Positions 1 through 13,597 of a stretch of 64,000 nucleotides of DNA are shown one piece after another (the stretch's first letter is position 1; the number at the start of each line of letters is the position of its first letter). Where the stretch lies: NCBI GenBank assembly GCA_025786725.1, contig JAHLTZ010000015.1, positions 434,001 through 498,000 of the forward strand, given 5' to 3'. The translations under genes were made by a program, and so were the position numbers. This DNA is from Syncephalis fuscata S228. Taxonomy: Eukaryota > Fungi > Zoopagomycota. The notes under the pieces are model-generated. The model searched no databases. It was not told where the DNA came from and saw only the letters and a list, made by a program, of their open reading frames with translations.

Positions 1-1596
1 CACTTTTGTGAAATAACAAAGCACAGCGTTTTGATGTAGAATAGAAGGATGTGTAAAGTGTTTAAAGAAGGGCAAACAATCCACACAGTAGTTTGATAAG
101 ACAGTGTAGACAATAATACTGCCACTGCTAGTAGAAAGCCTTCTTTTTTACGCAAGTAGATACGTGAGTGTATGAATATGGGTATGTGAGTGGGGTGTGG
201 GTGTGGGTGAGCGTGCGTATCTCGATACTACAATACAAGGAAATGAGAACGAGACAGATAGAGTAAGTGAAGTGACAAGAGAACAGTCCGGCAAATAGCT
301 TGTTGCTGCTGCTGTAGTAGTTAAGTAATAGGTTAAACCATAGTCGTGGCAAATGTATCAGGTTAGCCAAGACAGAATTGTATCACATATTGGTTACTTA
401 CCACGTAAGAAACAGTTCGGTAATATCAACTAAGTGCAATAAATGAAAGTAAGGAGCGCAGAAGGTAGCTATGCAAAAGACAACTACGCCGAAAGACTAA
501 GAGTTACAAAGAAGTGAAAGGCAGATTGGTTTACAGCGTATGAGCGTAGAATACGACTAAAAGTAATCGTTTAGAAGAAGAAGAAACTAGATAAGCTGGG
601 GAAGTAGACAAGTCAATAAGTGGAGAGTACTTGGTTAAAGCAACGTAGTAGCAATAAAGTGCGTATTTGCACTAATAACAGTAGAATAAATGGTAATTGG
701 GTTGGGTTGTTAGTGAACGTAGTAGCAATAGTGGTAGAAGAAGAAGAAATAAAAAGCCCCGAACCAGAGTCAGGCAGTAGGAAACAAAAGCGAAACTCAA
801 ACTTTATCGGCAACTTGGTTAAGTATTTATACAAGATAACGATAATAGATAATGAGAAGTGCCGAGGGCGGTGATAATTTATTGATATTGATGATGATGA
901 TGCTGATGATGGTGGTGGTGATGATGATGATGATTTCTGATAACATCTCTGTGATGTGTGTTTGCTGGGAACGGCACTGATTGCCGAATCTAGTAGCAGT
1001 CCATTTAATGTTTGCCAATGGAGGCAATGGTCGAATAAAAAACGCGTCAGTCCTTCGGTCACACGCAACTATACATATACACACATGCTCTTTTAGTCTA
1101 ACTGATTGGTTCATCGGCAGATAAGCATGTGATATACGTTGGAAAACAAAAATGCTCATCACTATTCTCCGTCTCTTTACTTTGCCGACATATTCACCGA
1201 ATAATACTCGCTCTCTTTCTCGCTTCCTCCATTCTAGAGCTCTAGGCCTATGGCTTATCGCTTTAATTATGGGGAAATAAAGCGTGGTAATAAACTACTG
1301 GGTTTATCAGCTATTGGATCAGTAAATCTAGAACCATCGGAAGATCTCGGAACACTGGTTTGAAATAAAGTCGTGGTGGGTAAGGTGCTCGAACAATGGC
1401 CAGCCCCGATTTTACCCGAGTTGGACAGTCGGTAAAACGACTTTTCCTGCCAATACGCTAATCAACTCCGCCTGTTTTAGTTGGAATCTTGCTCATATGA
1501 CCATGAGAATAAAATATGACGATCTTTGTATAATAAAATAATGCCTATTGATAAGCAATCTATGTAACAACGTATATAGAAAATGTCTTTATTAAA

Positions 1597-2187
1597 CTAA
1601 AGAACATGTTGATTGGGTGCAAGACAAGCTTGCTCCCATCCTTGTAATACGCGAACAATACGATTATTAACACGCAATTGCTCGACGCCATCAACAGCCT
1701 GCACAAACGTTGATGGTTCATAGACACCAACAACAATTCGACGAATCCACGGTGTTGCGAGTAAGCGCTGTGTGCAGCTTGGCTTACCAGAAAGACGATG
1801 CACACATGGCTCCATAGTTGTATACATGGTAATAAAACTTGAACCATCAGTTGTAACGGATGCTAATGCTATTTTGTCGACTATATCGGATGATAGCTTT
1901 AATAAACAGCATTCCTCAGCGTGCGTATTACCAGGCAATTCACGTGAATAGCCTGTGGATACTATTGTCATAGAGTATTTATCTTTTTCCAACTGGCACG
2001 AATCGACTGATAAAGACTGTGCCAGCCAATTGGGCATAACTAATATAGCGCCTACACAATACGCAGTATCTACAGCAACGCTCTTATTTGCTTCATCAAT
2101 AGCCAGTCGCATAAAATAGGCATCTTGCTCTTCCATAGCCTCCGTCACTTTGTTGTCAGAGTGTGATAGTGCTGTAGTATCCGTCAT
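1597..2187 (-). CDS. Zinc-dependent deaminase, Rib2/RibD-type (DRAP deaminase-like), stand-alone and intronless
   Basis: Motifs GYSRELPGNTHAEECCL (HAE) and MYTTMEPCVHRLSGKPSC (PCxxRLSGxxxC) are typical of the fungal Rib2 deaminase domain. The first true ATG is at 2187-2185; the ORF-track start is GTG. Confidence 0.85.
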   Translation of the reverse strand: MTDTTALSHSDNKVTEAMEEQDAYFMRLAIDEANKSVAVDTAYCVGAILVMPNWLAQSLSVDSCQLEKDKYSMTIVSTGYSRELPGNTHAEECCLLKLSSDIVDKIALASVTTDGSSFITMYTTMEPCVHRLSGKPSCTQRLLATPWIRRIVVGVYEPSTFVQAVDGVEQLRVNNRIVRVLQGWEQACLAPNQHVL

Positions 2188-2673
2188 CACTTAATGAATA
2201 AAAGGCAAGGAAATAAAGTGGGCGTAAGATACATTTAATCAAATCATTACTATTATTAGTATTTTTGTAATTATAACTAACTAGTATAAAATAATAAATA
2301 GTTTATCATAGTGTTACCATCTTAATATTATGGTCCTATTGCTATGATAACGTGACTAAGAAATGCATCATGTCATTAGGTAGTTTTTGTTAAAACTAAT
2401 AATACATATGTCGGACAGTAACACTAATTACTAGCAATAAACAACTAGTACAAAATATGCTTAGTAAGTCATTGTTAGCCATAAAAACATGAACTGCTAT
2501 ATGAACTGATGATTTGTGTTAATAATGACATACTACTACAAAGCATTCAAATTCTATTACCAACTATTTCTACTATAAAATAACGGCTATATTACATATT
2601 AATAAATTTTTTAGTTTTTAGTTTCATTTCATTTATTTTTATCTTCATACAAGCTATTCAGTTTATTATAGTC

Positions 2674-4118
2674 TAACTTCACGTATAACAAAGCAAATTG
2701 TATGGCATTTTGCACAAGTGTGTAAATAACATATAGGTAGCTACTGGTAAAATATGGTGTTATTGTATTGAGTGATGGAGCAATAGTTAAGGTAATACGG
2801 TAATAATTGTGTAAAATAGTAGTTTTTTTGCCAGCCATGACTTATATAACTAAAATACAGCAAAATCATTGCCAAATTCGAGTTCTCCATGCTTAGTTAT
2901 ACAGATTGGCATGATTTATAAAACATTGATTTTTGCAAAAAACGGACCAAAAATGCGATTTACGTACTATTAATTTACTTAGTAAGGCATTACAATGATC
3001 GTGTATACCTTTACGTATAATGAAGCAAACTGCATGACATTTTGTACAAGTATACTTATAATACATAGGTAGCTATTGACAAAGTATACTGTAATTGTAT
3101 TGAGCGATGGAGCAATGGCTGTGATGATATGCTAATAATTGTGTAAAATAGCAGTTTTTTACTATTCATGACCTATATAACCAAGATGCAGCAAAATGAT
3201 TGCTGGATTCGAGTTCTCCATGCTTAGCTGTATCGTTTAATATAATTTATAAAACAATGATTTTGTAACAAAAGTTAGTCAAAAGTGCGATTTGCGTGTA
3301 AATAATTAACGGAAAGTAATTACATTACATAATTCTAGAGATCTTAACATCAAATGTGAAATCTAATTTAAGTAAATTCAAGGCACTCTACAATACTAAA
3401 CAAACATAATAGTAAGTTGATATGCAGAAATATCATGCATATTAGCAAGTTACACCATCTATATACATATGTGTAAGTTTTCATTAACTATTTACACGCA
3501 AATCGCACTTTTGACTAACTTTTGTTACAAAAATCATTGTTTATAAATTATATTAAACGATACAGCTAAGCATGGAGAACTCGAATCCAGCAATCATTTT
3601 GCTGCATTTATTATATAGGCCATGAATAGTAAAAAACTGCTATTTTTACACAATTATTAGCATATCATCACAGCCATTGCTCCATCACTCAATACAATTA
3701 CAGTATACTTTGTCAATAGCTACCTATGTATTATAAGTATACTTGTACAAAATGTCATGCAGTTTGCTTCATTATACGTAAAGGTATACACAATCATTGT
3801 AATGCCTTACTAAGTAAATTAATAGCACGTAAATCGCATTTTTGGTCCGTTTTTTTTGCAAAAATCAATGTTTTATAAATCATGCCAATCTGTATAACTA
3901 AGCATGGAGAACTCGAATTCAACAATCATTTTGGTGCATCTTAGTTATATAAGTCATGGCTGGCAAAAACTACTATTTTACACAATTATTACCGTATTAC
4001 CTTAACTATTGCTTCATCACTCAATACAATAACACCATATTTTACCAGTAGCTACCTATATGTTATTTACACACTTGTGCAAAATGCCATACAATTTGCT
4101 TTGTTATACGTGAAGTTA
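2674..4118. repeat. Long inverted repeat (palindrome copy 1): arms 2674-3309 and 3484-4118, spacer ~174 bp; each arm holds about two diverged ~332-bp subunits
   Basis: TAACTTCACGTATAACAAAGCAAATTG (2674) is the reverse complement of the sequence ending at 4118. The inner ends GCGTGTAAATAATTAA and TTAACTATTTACACGC pair. Subunit starts ACGTATAA at 2681 and 3013. Confidence 0.95.
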
Positions 4119-4689
4119 TATATAGTTTCAGTAGCGCCTTATTGCTTAAATTATTACTATTAGTTTTGATATTGCTTTTTACCACTTAATTACACCAAAC
4201 TTACTTTTTAATATTGATGCATAATGTCATAGAATTGGCACAATAATTTGATTAGTAAGGTTTTAGTAATAGTCACAAAAATAGCTTATTCGTTAAAATA
4301 AAAATAATATTAAACAATACATATAAATAACGAAATAGCGCTTTATTTTGTTTCTACTACAACACTTTCACGAGTTTTAATATTAATCACAACGCCTGTT
4401 AACAAATCATTTATTGCGACAAAATTGGTTGTTCAATACATTAAGATCTCACATAGTTATTATTGGCAATGCCCATGTTTTACATGCCTTCAAGCTATAT
4501 TTAACTGCAAATAAAACAATAACATTATTCTTTGCATTGTAATAGACATACGTAATTGCGTAACAGTATTAATGTAAAGAGCGTAAAGCAACACATGACC
4601 ATGCAACACCCTTGTATTTATATGAGCATCTGCTAATATTTATCATGTTTATCCCGTATCAATTCTAGCGCAATTATTTCTATTTAACT

Positions 4690-6641
4690 ATGTCTTTGGG
4701 TACTAGCAGCAAAAGCTTATGGCAAAACCATGACACTTTGGTGTATTTGCGCCGCTTTATAAATGGGCAAGAACTAGTGCTGTTTGCCACTAGCTGTCGG
4801 TTTATCTATGAAATAATAGTTAAGCAACCTGATCATTGGGAACGCCAGTATAGACAAACATTTTGTCTGGGTGACAGGCGTGAACAGGAATGGCTTGCAT
4901 GGTATAACTTGTGCATCAATATTACAGCGAAATTGAAAGAATCAACACTCAATGCAAATAAGAAAAAGTAAAAATGTTCATTATCACCCACTGATACAGC
5001 TGTTGATAATGACTATGATAAATATCTATTATCTGTCGCGCATTTACCACCCACCTATGGTTTTAATTCCACTCGGTGATTATGTGCTTATCAGCGACGT
5101 CAACAAACTAATCACAACTTTATTACAGGTCAATTCAAAAACGGACGTGCCAAATTCCAGTTATTGAACCTAATTATTTGAGTTTAATCAATGTAAATCC
5201 ATGATATGCATTGGCACAAGACAAATTGATATCAAGGATTTGCACAATTCAACATAATAGCTTTAGCAGGGAAAACAAACAAAGCAACAATAAATTAACT
5301 TGGAAATAGTTGGCTTTTTATCAATCGTTATATCTATTTAATGGCAGAATTAGAATCAACTCTGTCCATAATGCAAATCAATTTGTTGTGGCATACGTTT
5401 TTATATGTACATATGATGATGTGGGTACTGTCATTCCTGGAGATCTGATAGGTAACTAATAATTGTTAACACAGCTTAATACATCAGCTATTTATTAATT
5501 ATATTAAAATAATAAATATCGCTGAAATGGAAGTACAATACATCAGAGAAAACAAAGCTAAAGTCCGTGCTTCTACATCCGCAGAGAGGCCACAAAGCCA
5601 TATGAGAAATGGCATAGTAGTATGGAATTATATCGACAATTCATCTCCCAATATTATTTATTTTCAGCGCACAAATAATCACTGGACAGGCCAGATCAAC
5701 CTAATTTAATCGAGATTTATCACAATTGGATGCTATTAAAGACTAATAACCGACATGATTCATAACAACAATCTGCCTTATTTAATTTAAGTAGAAACCG
5801 ATGGATAAAAGGTCCAAGAATACACAACTGTAATTCAGGTGCATCTATCATATCCGCTTCTCAACCCCAATGTCAATTCTTAGTACAAAAAATAATGACC
5901 GGGTTTGTAAAAACTGGCAATATCCCTACATTCATTCCTACTCAGAATTCTCAAGATATTGAGAGTGATAATCGAACAATGCGTACCAAATGGAAGATAT
6001 TTGATGCGCAAAGGGATCGGAATCAATGTGAGAGGATATTGTCTGGTGAAATCATTATTCCATACTGTTCGGCTGCTATAATTAATGTTGAGTTGTATAC
6101 AGGAAACATATGCTTGTTTACTGTATACCGTGTAACAAATAATCCATGCCTTATTCACCACAGAATATATGAAGCTTCATTATAATTGCTTGCATTTGGC
6201 AAGTTTGCACCAAACGATTTGCTACAATCAATATTTGACGCCAGAGATTACGGCCATTTACTTCCCATTGATAGTTCTGATAAAGGACATTTATTCTGGA
6301 CTCAGCCTATACGTAACATTGATATTACAAAACTATATAGTGAAAAGCTTATCGCTGTTTAGAAGCTTGGTACATTGGATGTGTTGAGTGCTTTAAATGA
6401 AGATTTATTGCGGTCAATCGCTTGTTCGCCTCATTACGTAAAGCTTACTCCATTCCTCGGATTTTTATGCAAAATTGTTGGCAAAAAATACAGAAAATAT
6501 TGGTTTATTGACATGCACACTGGTCGTGTATATAATCCATCGAACTGTTTTACTAGAGAACAAAATGGAAATGACAAAGAAGCCAAGCCTTTAGGTCTTG
6601 TTGAAACAACGCTACAAGATATAAAAAACATGGAAGAATAA
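4690..6641 (+). pseudogene. Fragmented F-box-like protein gene, lineage-expanded type
   Basis: The N-terminal segment DTLVYLRRFINGQELVLFATSCRFIYEIIVKQPDHW has an F-box pattern. Downstream coding-like sequence is broken into several frames (4690, 5895, 6375 ORFs) with stops and shifts that splice sites do not explain. Confidence 0.55.
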
Positions 6642-8208
6642 GCGCTAACTATTTATTATCAAACGTCGTTATTGGCCAAATCAATTCAAACAAAAACGGT
6701 TTATATGAAGTATACATGTTATAAATAAAAGACTAATTGAAAATACTTGATAAAAATAACTCAAATATCATTTATATTAAATATTTACAACATTTAATTT
6801 AGCTGAAGTAATTTAATGGATAAATACGCATATTTTTACATTAACCTATAATTAGACGGCTGACAACATCATTATTCAAATCTAATGCTTTATTATTAAT
6901 AGCGCTATCACACAACAAGCAATAATTAATGACAGAGATTGATTGATAGCGATGGTGCTTGTATCAATAGTTGATACTACAGCGTTAGAAATAAATCACA
7001 CATTCCTGTGGCTAAATTGCAATATCAATTAAAATAAACACGCAAATCAATTAGTATATTTATGATATAGAAAGTGCGGTATTGTACATTAATTATCTAT
7101 ATATTAAAAATATTATGTAAATTCATGATTTAATACTTTGTATTAGCAGTTGGTAAATGCCATTGTATATCAATTGGCCATATAATAAACATATACTATA
7201 CATTGTGCATGTGTTCAATAACATTTAATAATAGACGCAAGTAAAGTTATAAAATGCTAACTTATACGCTAATTACATGGTAGTTTACATATGCATTTAT
7301 AAACATAGAATAGCTCGTTCATTCAAGACATTGGAATTACCAGCATGGTTAGATTACTACTCCAATATACTTTAAGTATATACTCAACAAAAACCAAAAC
7401 TATTTGACAAGTAAATCATTTAGTCTATTTATCTATCAAGCTCCAGTCAATGCTCCGGTTTGTTCAACTATTAATCGCTGGTCTCATTATATTAGCAGCA
7501 GGTCTGCACTTGTTTGTACATGCTCGGTTATGCAGACGTTTAGTAACAAACATTTAATCTGCTATATTTATATCTATATTTATTTATGTACAATGTTTTA
7601 CAGACATTAAACAAAAATAAGCATGTTAATATTAGACTTTTACAGGAATGCTGCTTTGATTACTAGCATAAATTGACATAATTCTAATCATATTTATTTG
7701 CAAGTAGCAATTTTATATGTAAGTATTGTAGCAATATGTGTTGGCAATATAATCAACTGTATTTGTTTATGCACTGGTATAAGTCATGATGCTACTAAAA
7801 GGATATGGTAACAACAATAAACATATATATTCGTTTAAGATAATCCTAAAGTGGGCTAAATAGGTTAGCTTTTGTTACTAGTGACAGAAATGGACAATTG
7901 TATATTGGCAGTATCTATATTCAAATAAAGCACTAGAAATAATAAAGTACTGTTTTTATATCATGATGTAGAAATGGTGATATATTAAGTATCATTAAAT
8001 ATTATGATAACAGTTTGTAATATTATACTAGAGCTAAATAATCCTCAAATAAAATGACTGTTTTGTAGTATGTGGGAGATAACTCTAGTATGCCTTTACG
8101 TGCTGCATTCTATTAGCTGTTGACTACTTATGTTTATTAGAAATTTACATAGATTTTGGCAATAGGTTTATGTTTAAATATTTTTAGCAAATTATATTTA
8201 GCAAAACA

Positions 8209-9136
8209 TTATGATGCCGTTGATGAAGTTTTGCTGCTCTCTTTAACACCGCAATGATAAACTAAAACAGTTGATGGAATACACCTAATATACGATTAGT
8301 AGTATGTCAATCAATTTGTCTAGTTACATACCAATCTATAACAAAAAACATTTGTGAATATGAATCGCCTACTTTGAATAAAATGCATATGCACAAATGA
8401 TATTGCAAAACACTACTAAGCACATGATTTGAATACCGTTACGTGTCAGTCGTCTCCATGCTTCTGAGCCAAATGTCTTATACTGTTGATATGCAATATA
8501 GCTAAATATTCCTGAGAACAGTATATTGACAGGTATAGTAACACCAAACCAGTATAAAGGCATTGAGATAGGGTAGTTGGCAACACAACCACCATGCTTT
8601 TTGAATGTAATATAAGATACGGTTATAACAAACGGTGTAAATCCTAACTGTGGTAATATAAGAATGATACCAACAACCAAAACCCAGCGTTGTTTTAAAA
8701 GCACAATATACGCTTTCTGCAGTATGACTATACTGTTGCCTATGCTTACAACTGAAAATGCAGTAAGAATATACCAAATTGTTTCACGACAATTTAGAAT
8801 TTCGAAAAAATACGGAACTACAATAACAAACCAGCCGGCGCCAAACAAACTAGATATTAAGAAGCACCACCCAGAAAGAAATTGTGGCCGATTTAAAACC
8901 ATGCGGATTGAGATCGCAAGGTTCGATATAAATATTAGTGATGCGAGAAGATTAATAATTGTTTGAGTATAAATGGCAAACAATCGAGCTTGAGCGTCAT
9001 GTCTATCATTTGGCACTGCTGCTATAAAACTGTATAAAGGCGCTTCGCCAGACGGATGAAGCGGAATACCCCACAGCCGTGTAGCATTGTGTCTCCAGTC
9101 CATGTCATTGTTTACAAGGTTTTGAGTAGTGCCCAT
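8209..9136 (-). CDS. Multi-pass (about 7 TM) membrane protein, GPCR-like; one apparent frameshift near 8385 and one intron near 8285-8331
   Basis: Successive hydrophobic helices in ORF 8369-9136. The C-terminus continues in another frame as FKVGDSYSQMFFVIDW|CIPSTVLVYHC...TAS* across a GTATGT...ACTAAT...TAG intron. Confidence 0.7.
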
Positions 9137-11241
9137 GTCTATGACTGCTTAGATATACAAATGTAATTTAAAATGTAAAGGTTGGCTGATGAACGATAAA
9201 GAAATAGGGGATATTGAAAATAAGTAGGCGTGAATGATAAATCTACCGGCTGTCGGTTCCGCATTGCGCGTATGTACATACTATGCTAATAAACCTGTTT
9301 ACTTGCATATCAATATCATGCTGTTACACACAAACTCACCTTTGCATGCTAATCGCTCTTTAAAATAATTTACACGTAACACCATGTTAAATTTACAGCT
9401 TTGGACAATTGGCATTTGCTAGCTATATTGAATTAGCATGTTTTTGCTTGATGCTGAATCTCATTATACTATGTTTTACATTTCTGTTTAAAACATACTA
9501 CTTTAGTAAACAACTGGTATTAAATGCGCTAAACTGTTTAATGTATTTGGTCTTGTCAAATATTTAATTTATAAAGTACGTCTAAAACTGGTCTATTATG
9601 CATTTATATAAATTGCAGCTTATATTTATGTTTTACATCCGACTAAATTTTGAATCAAATAAACACCTTTTTAGTATGTTAGACTCAAGTTATTATGTAT
9701 TTACACGTTGCAATTTACTCATTGATGACTATTATAATTATAATAGCGCAACACCAAGTAGTATGTTTGCAATTTATTTTGTTAAAACGGTATAGATATA
9801 AAGTTACAAGATTCTGTATACATAAAGTTTCCAAAACTAATACAAATGGCTAATACCAAATAAGCGCTAAATAGCCGAGTTCGAATGGCTTTCATGTCAT
9901 CTGATATCTCTGTTACAAAGTCATACATATACAATTCACCGGATGGATGGAATGAAATACTCTATTCTTGTACAGCACTTTGTTTTTAATCCAAACTGGT
10001 ATATTCAAAACAACTTTAGGATAGCAAACATTGATTAGAAGTTTAATAGATGTATTAAATAAAACTACAGGCTTAGTCAAAGCTAAGCATAGCAAATAGA
10101 ATAAGATAAGAGTGCCTATATACATATGATTGCCTATTGTTTAATAAAGTATATTTGGTTGATTTTGCTTCGACTCCCACATTTGGAGTCCCCATAGTAA
10201 ATTCGTTCCAATTGAAGTCAATTGTAACAAAGTGGCTGCAGGATGGTCACTTTATTACATTGATGCTGTTATGCATAACAAAATGCATTTATAATGTTTT
10301 CATTTGATTACTTTAAAATTCACAAGGCCAATTATTATTGCTGTTGACTATGCGTAGAAAGTTTGGTTGAATATTAATAAAAACCATTGATGCGATTCCA
10401 TATCGTTCCACAGTCGTTGTTGTTATTACTACGTACAGTGTGGTTTCTTGCGTCTAAATGGTTCTTCTATTCTCTAATTTCTACTGTTGTATTTTAGGCA
10501 TATTTGCAATGTAAGATACTCGTTTATGGTGACAAGAAGATAGAATGACTAGCGTTTCTGATGTTCGCCATTGTCTTGAGCATTCTTGGTATCAACTTGT
10601 AGGCGCAGATTATTTGCCGACCATTGATGAAGCAAATCTACCTCCATCATACGCAATAATGATAGGTTGAGTGTATTCACCAGGAAGATCGTGGCGACAG
10701 TTGTAACCAAAATATACGGCATGCCGTTGAGGTTGCTTGAACAGGTGTTGATGTAAATAAGAGAAATAAAGGCTAAGAATTGAATAGTGTTTTTATTGAT
10801 GTTAAAACACACATGTTATTTATATTGTTATATTCAACATTATCGTATAATATATTATTGAATAGAATATTCAAAAAGAAGATAAGACGATAAGATAGCG
10901 ATATGAAAAAGACAGTGAAATGGATAAATAAAAATATGGGAGTCAAAGTACAATAGCTCCTACATACTAATATCGCAACTAAATATATTGTAATCCACTA
11001 TTCTATGGATGCAACCATCATTTTAACTAATAATGTAGTATAATTTAGTAAATAGATAATTATTTGATTTAGTTTAATCCACTGCTCTATATTTATAAAC
11101 TAGCACATTTACAATAAAGTGCTGCTAAAATAGTAAAGTTTCACAACCATTTTAAATGAGTGACTAAATGTGACCACGTCATTCTGTAAAGCATTTACTT
11201 TCATCGTTTGATTCCCTTTCTTATTCAAGTAATCAGTTACT

Positions 11242-12808
11242 ATGGCAGGTATTCCTTAGTATTTTATATCGCTTGTTTATTAAACTATTTTCATCTCTGT
11301 TAGTCTGACCGAGAGCACCCTATGATAATTGACAGCGATGAAGAGCATGAGGTGGTTACGCCCACACAGATGGCTTCTCGCTCAATGGCATCTGCGTCAT
11401 TAGCACCATTATTCCAGGGTATTGGCTTGGATGCACGTAATAATCTAAGTACGGGCAGTAGAAGGGGTGGTCGCTTTGAAGAAATGTTCCAGTGCAATTC
11501 CATGGCTATGTTTGGCCAATTAGACGTCTCGGATGTGGATCGACTTAACTGCGGCGGTCTAGGCAAGTAATATTAACCAGCAACAGTATTTATGAAAACT
11601 GTCTAACCACCGTTGCTTGATAGTTGTTTTGCCGGAATCGGTTATTCGGCGTACTGCAGGTGAGTAGCACTGCGAGCCATAAGTTAAAGCAATAGACACG
11701 ATTTGACTCATCACGACACGGTGTAGGCGAAGCGGAAGACGGTTCAGTGCTACTATTCCGTATAACAGATGAAAGCGGCGAGCAAAGAACACATGCTGGC
11801 TTGGCCGACCGGAATTGCCAAGAGGGTCATGCTTATCTACCTTACTGGGTAATGTTGTAGTTATATTAATATCCAACTATCTAAATTAATGTCTTTATTA
11901 CTGTTGTTACTATAGATGATGGAAAGATTAAAATTGGAAGAGGGTGCATTAATTAATGTACGGCTTGTTAGTTTGCCAAAATGTAAATTAGTCGAATTTG
12001 AATGGCAAGATGAGGCATTTATGGATATTACGGATCCACGAGCTGTTCTTGAGCGTGCTCTAAAAAGCTATTTTACTTTGACACCAGGCGATAAAATTCG
12101 CATTTCCTATAATAACCGAATCTATGACTTACTTGTTGTGCGTATTCGACCTGAGGCCACTGGTGGTGTTTTAATGTTGAATACTAATGCCGTAGTTGAG
12201 TTTCGTGCACCACCCGGCTACGAGGAACCTTCATGGCCATCATCAGTAAGTAGGCATGCTTATTGACTGTATTGATCATTAATTGCATCAATGACACTAT
12301 AGACATCAACATCGGCGACTGCTTCAGGTACGGGAAGAATACCTGAATTACAGCCACCACCGTCAGTTCAAGAGGAGCGTACGGGCTTTCAACGATTTGC
12401 CGGTGCTGGTGCACAGTTAGGCCGTCAACATGGCACTCCAACACGGTATGTATCATTGAAATTACAGATAAACAGCGTATTTACATTTTTCATATTAGTC
12501 CAAGTGTACCTGTTGTATCAAGCACATCGAATACCAAAACAAATACAGATACAACAAATGAAGTGCCTCCTGTACTTGACGTGCCATTTGGCAGAATATT
12601 TCTTGGCTATCCTATTGTTCCTTATGAAGATCCATTTGCACCCGCATCTACCGCTGATGAACCAAAGGTTAAGGTAGTTGATTTTTAGTTTATTGTTTAA
12701 TAGATATAGTTTATAATAATACGAATCATTATATAATAGGAATTTATTGGTACAGGCCAGTCAGTAAAGCCAGCGCGAAAATCAGCACCCAAGCCTGGTC
12801 CTTCGTAG
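11242..12808 (+). CDS. UFD1-family ubiquitin fusion degradation protein (Cdc48 cofactor), multi-exon
   Basis: Spliced motifs CGGLVVLPES, THAGLADRNCQEGHAYLPYW and MDITDPRAVLERALKSYFTLTPGDKIRISYNNRIYDL, FRAPPGYEEP. Divergent, so it may be a paralog. Confidence 0.85.
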
Positions 12809-13597
12809 TAATAACAAATCGTTTAGTCTAAAATGTTTACAAGTATAATGTGCTAGTGACAGTTGTCGCTTTATCGTAATTAAATAAATTGGCTTGTAGC
12901 ATTTTATTAGTACAGATACCAATAAATATACCAATAAATAATATTTATCGTGAAACACGTTTGATTATCAAGAAAAAAGTGGCAGTAAACGTATAGTCGA
13001 TTATGTAATCATCAATTTCATTTGAAGCTACTTTGTAGTCATTGCTAATAGATGGCTTACACTGTTTTAATTATACAAATTGGCCTTCAATAAGGCTCCA
13101 AAAATTGGGCTCGATGCTTTCTTTCGAAAGTCAATCGATCCACACACACCATAGTAACACGGTGATTCATGTGTTTAAAGGTGTCGGCGTTGCCCGTCTC
13201 AGTTGGTACTTCACGGACGTGCAAGGAACAACCCCTCCTGGTGCAAGGACGTAATCCGTCTAATGGCGGGCCAATAAACGACTAGTTCGAGTTGACCACC
13301 CATACTAATAATAAGTTATGGGAGAACACCACACTAATAGATGGATCACCATTTACCCCCTTTTATTTAACCGAATAACAACAACACGAATAGACATCCC
13401 GTTTTGATTATCCATCATAATTGATGTGGGCCAATGTCACATTATCGTGGGAAGTTATCCGGTATTTACACGTAGTTATTGTTGCTTATGGCCAACCTGT
13501 GTCCCACTTGTTTCTTTCCTTTAGTCTCGCGCATTCTCTTCGCTTCTTTGTGTTAGGTACTTTAAATACCGTTGCAACCGCTGCTGTTATTATTACT

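Noticed and set aside
128-1162. Low-complexity ORFs at the left edge
   Set aside because: They derive from (GAT)/(GGT) repeats and purine-rich sequence; more likely the 5' UTR or promoter of a gene outside the window.
2629-2838. Protein-coding interpretation of the 332-bp palindrome subunit
   Set aside because: Homologous subunits contain stops and indels, and substitutions show no clear third-position bias.
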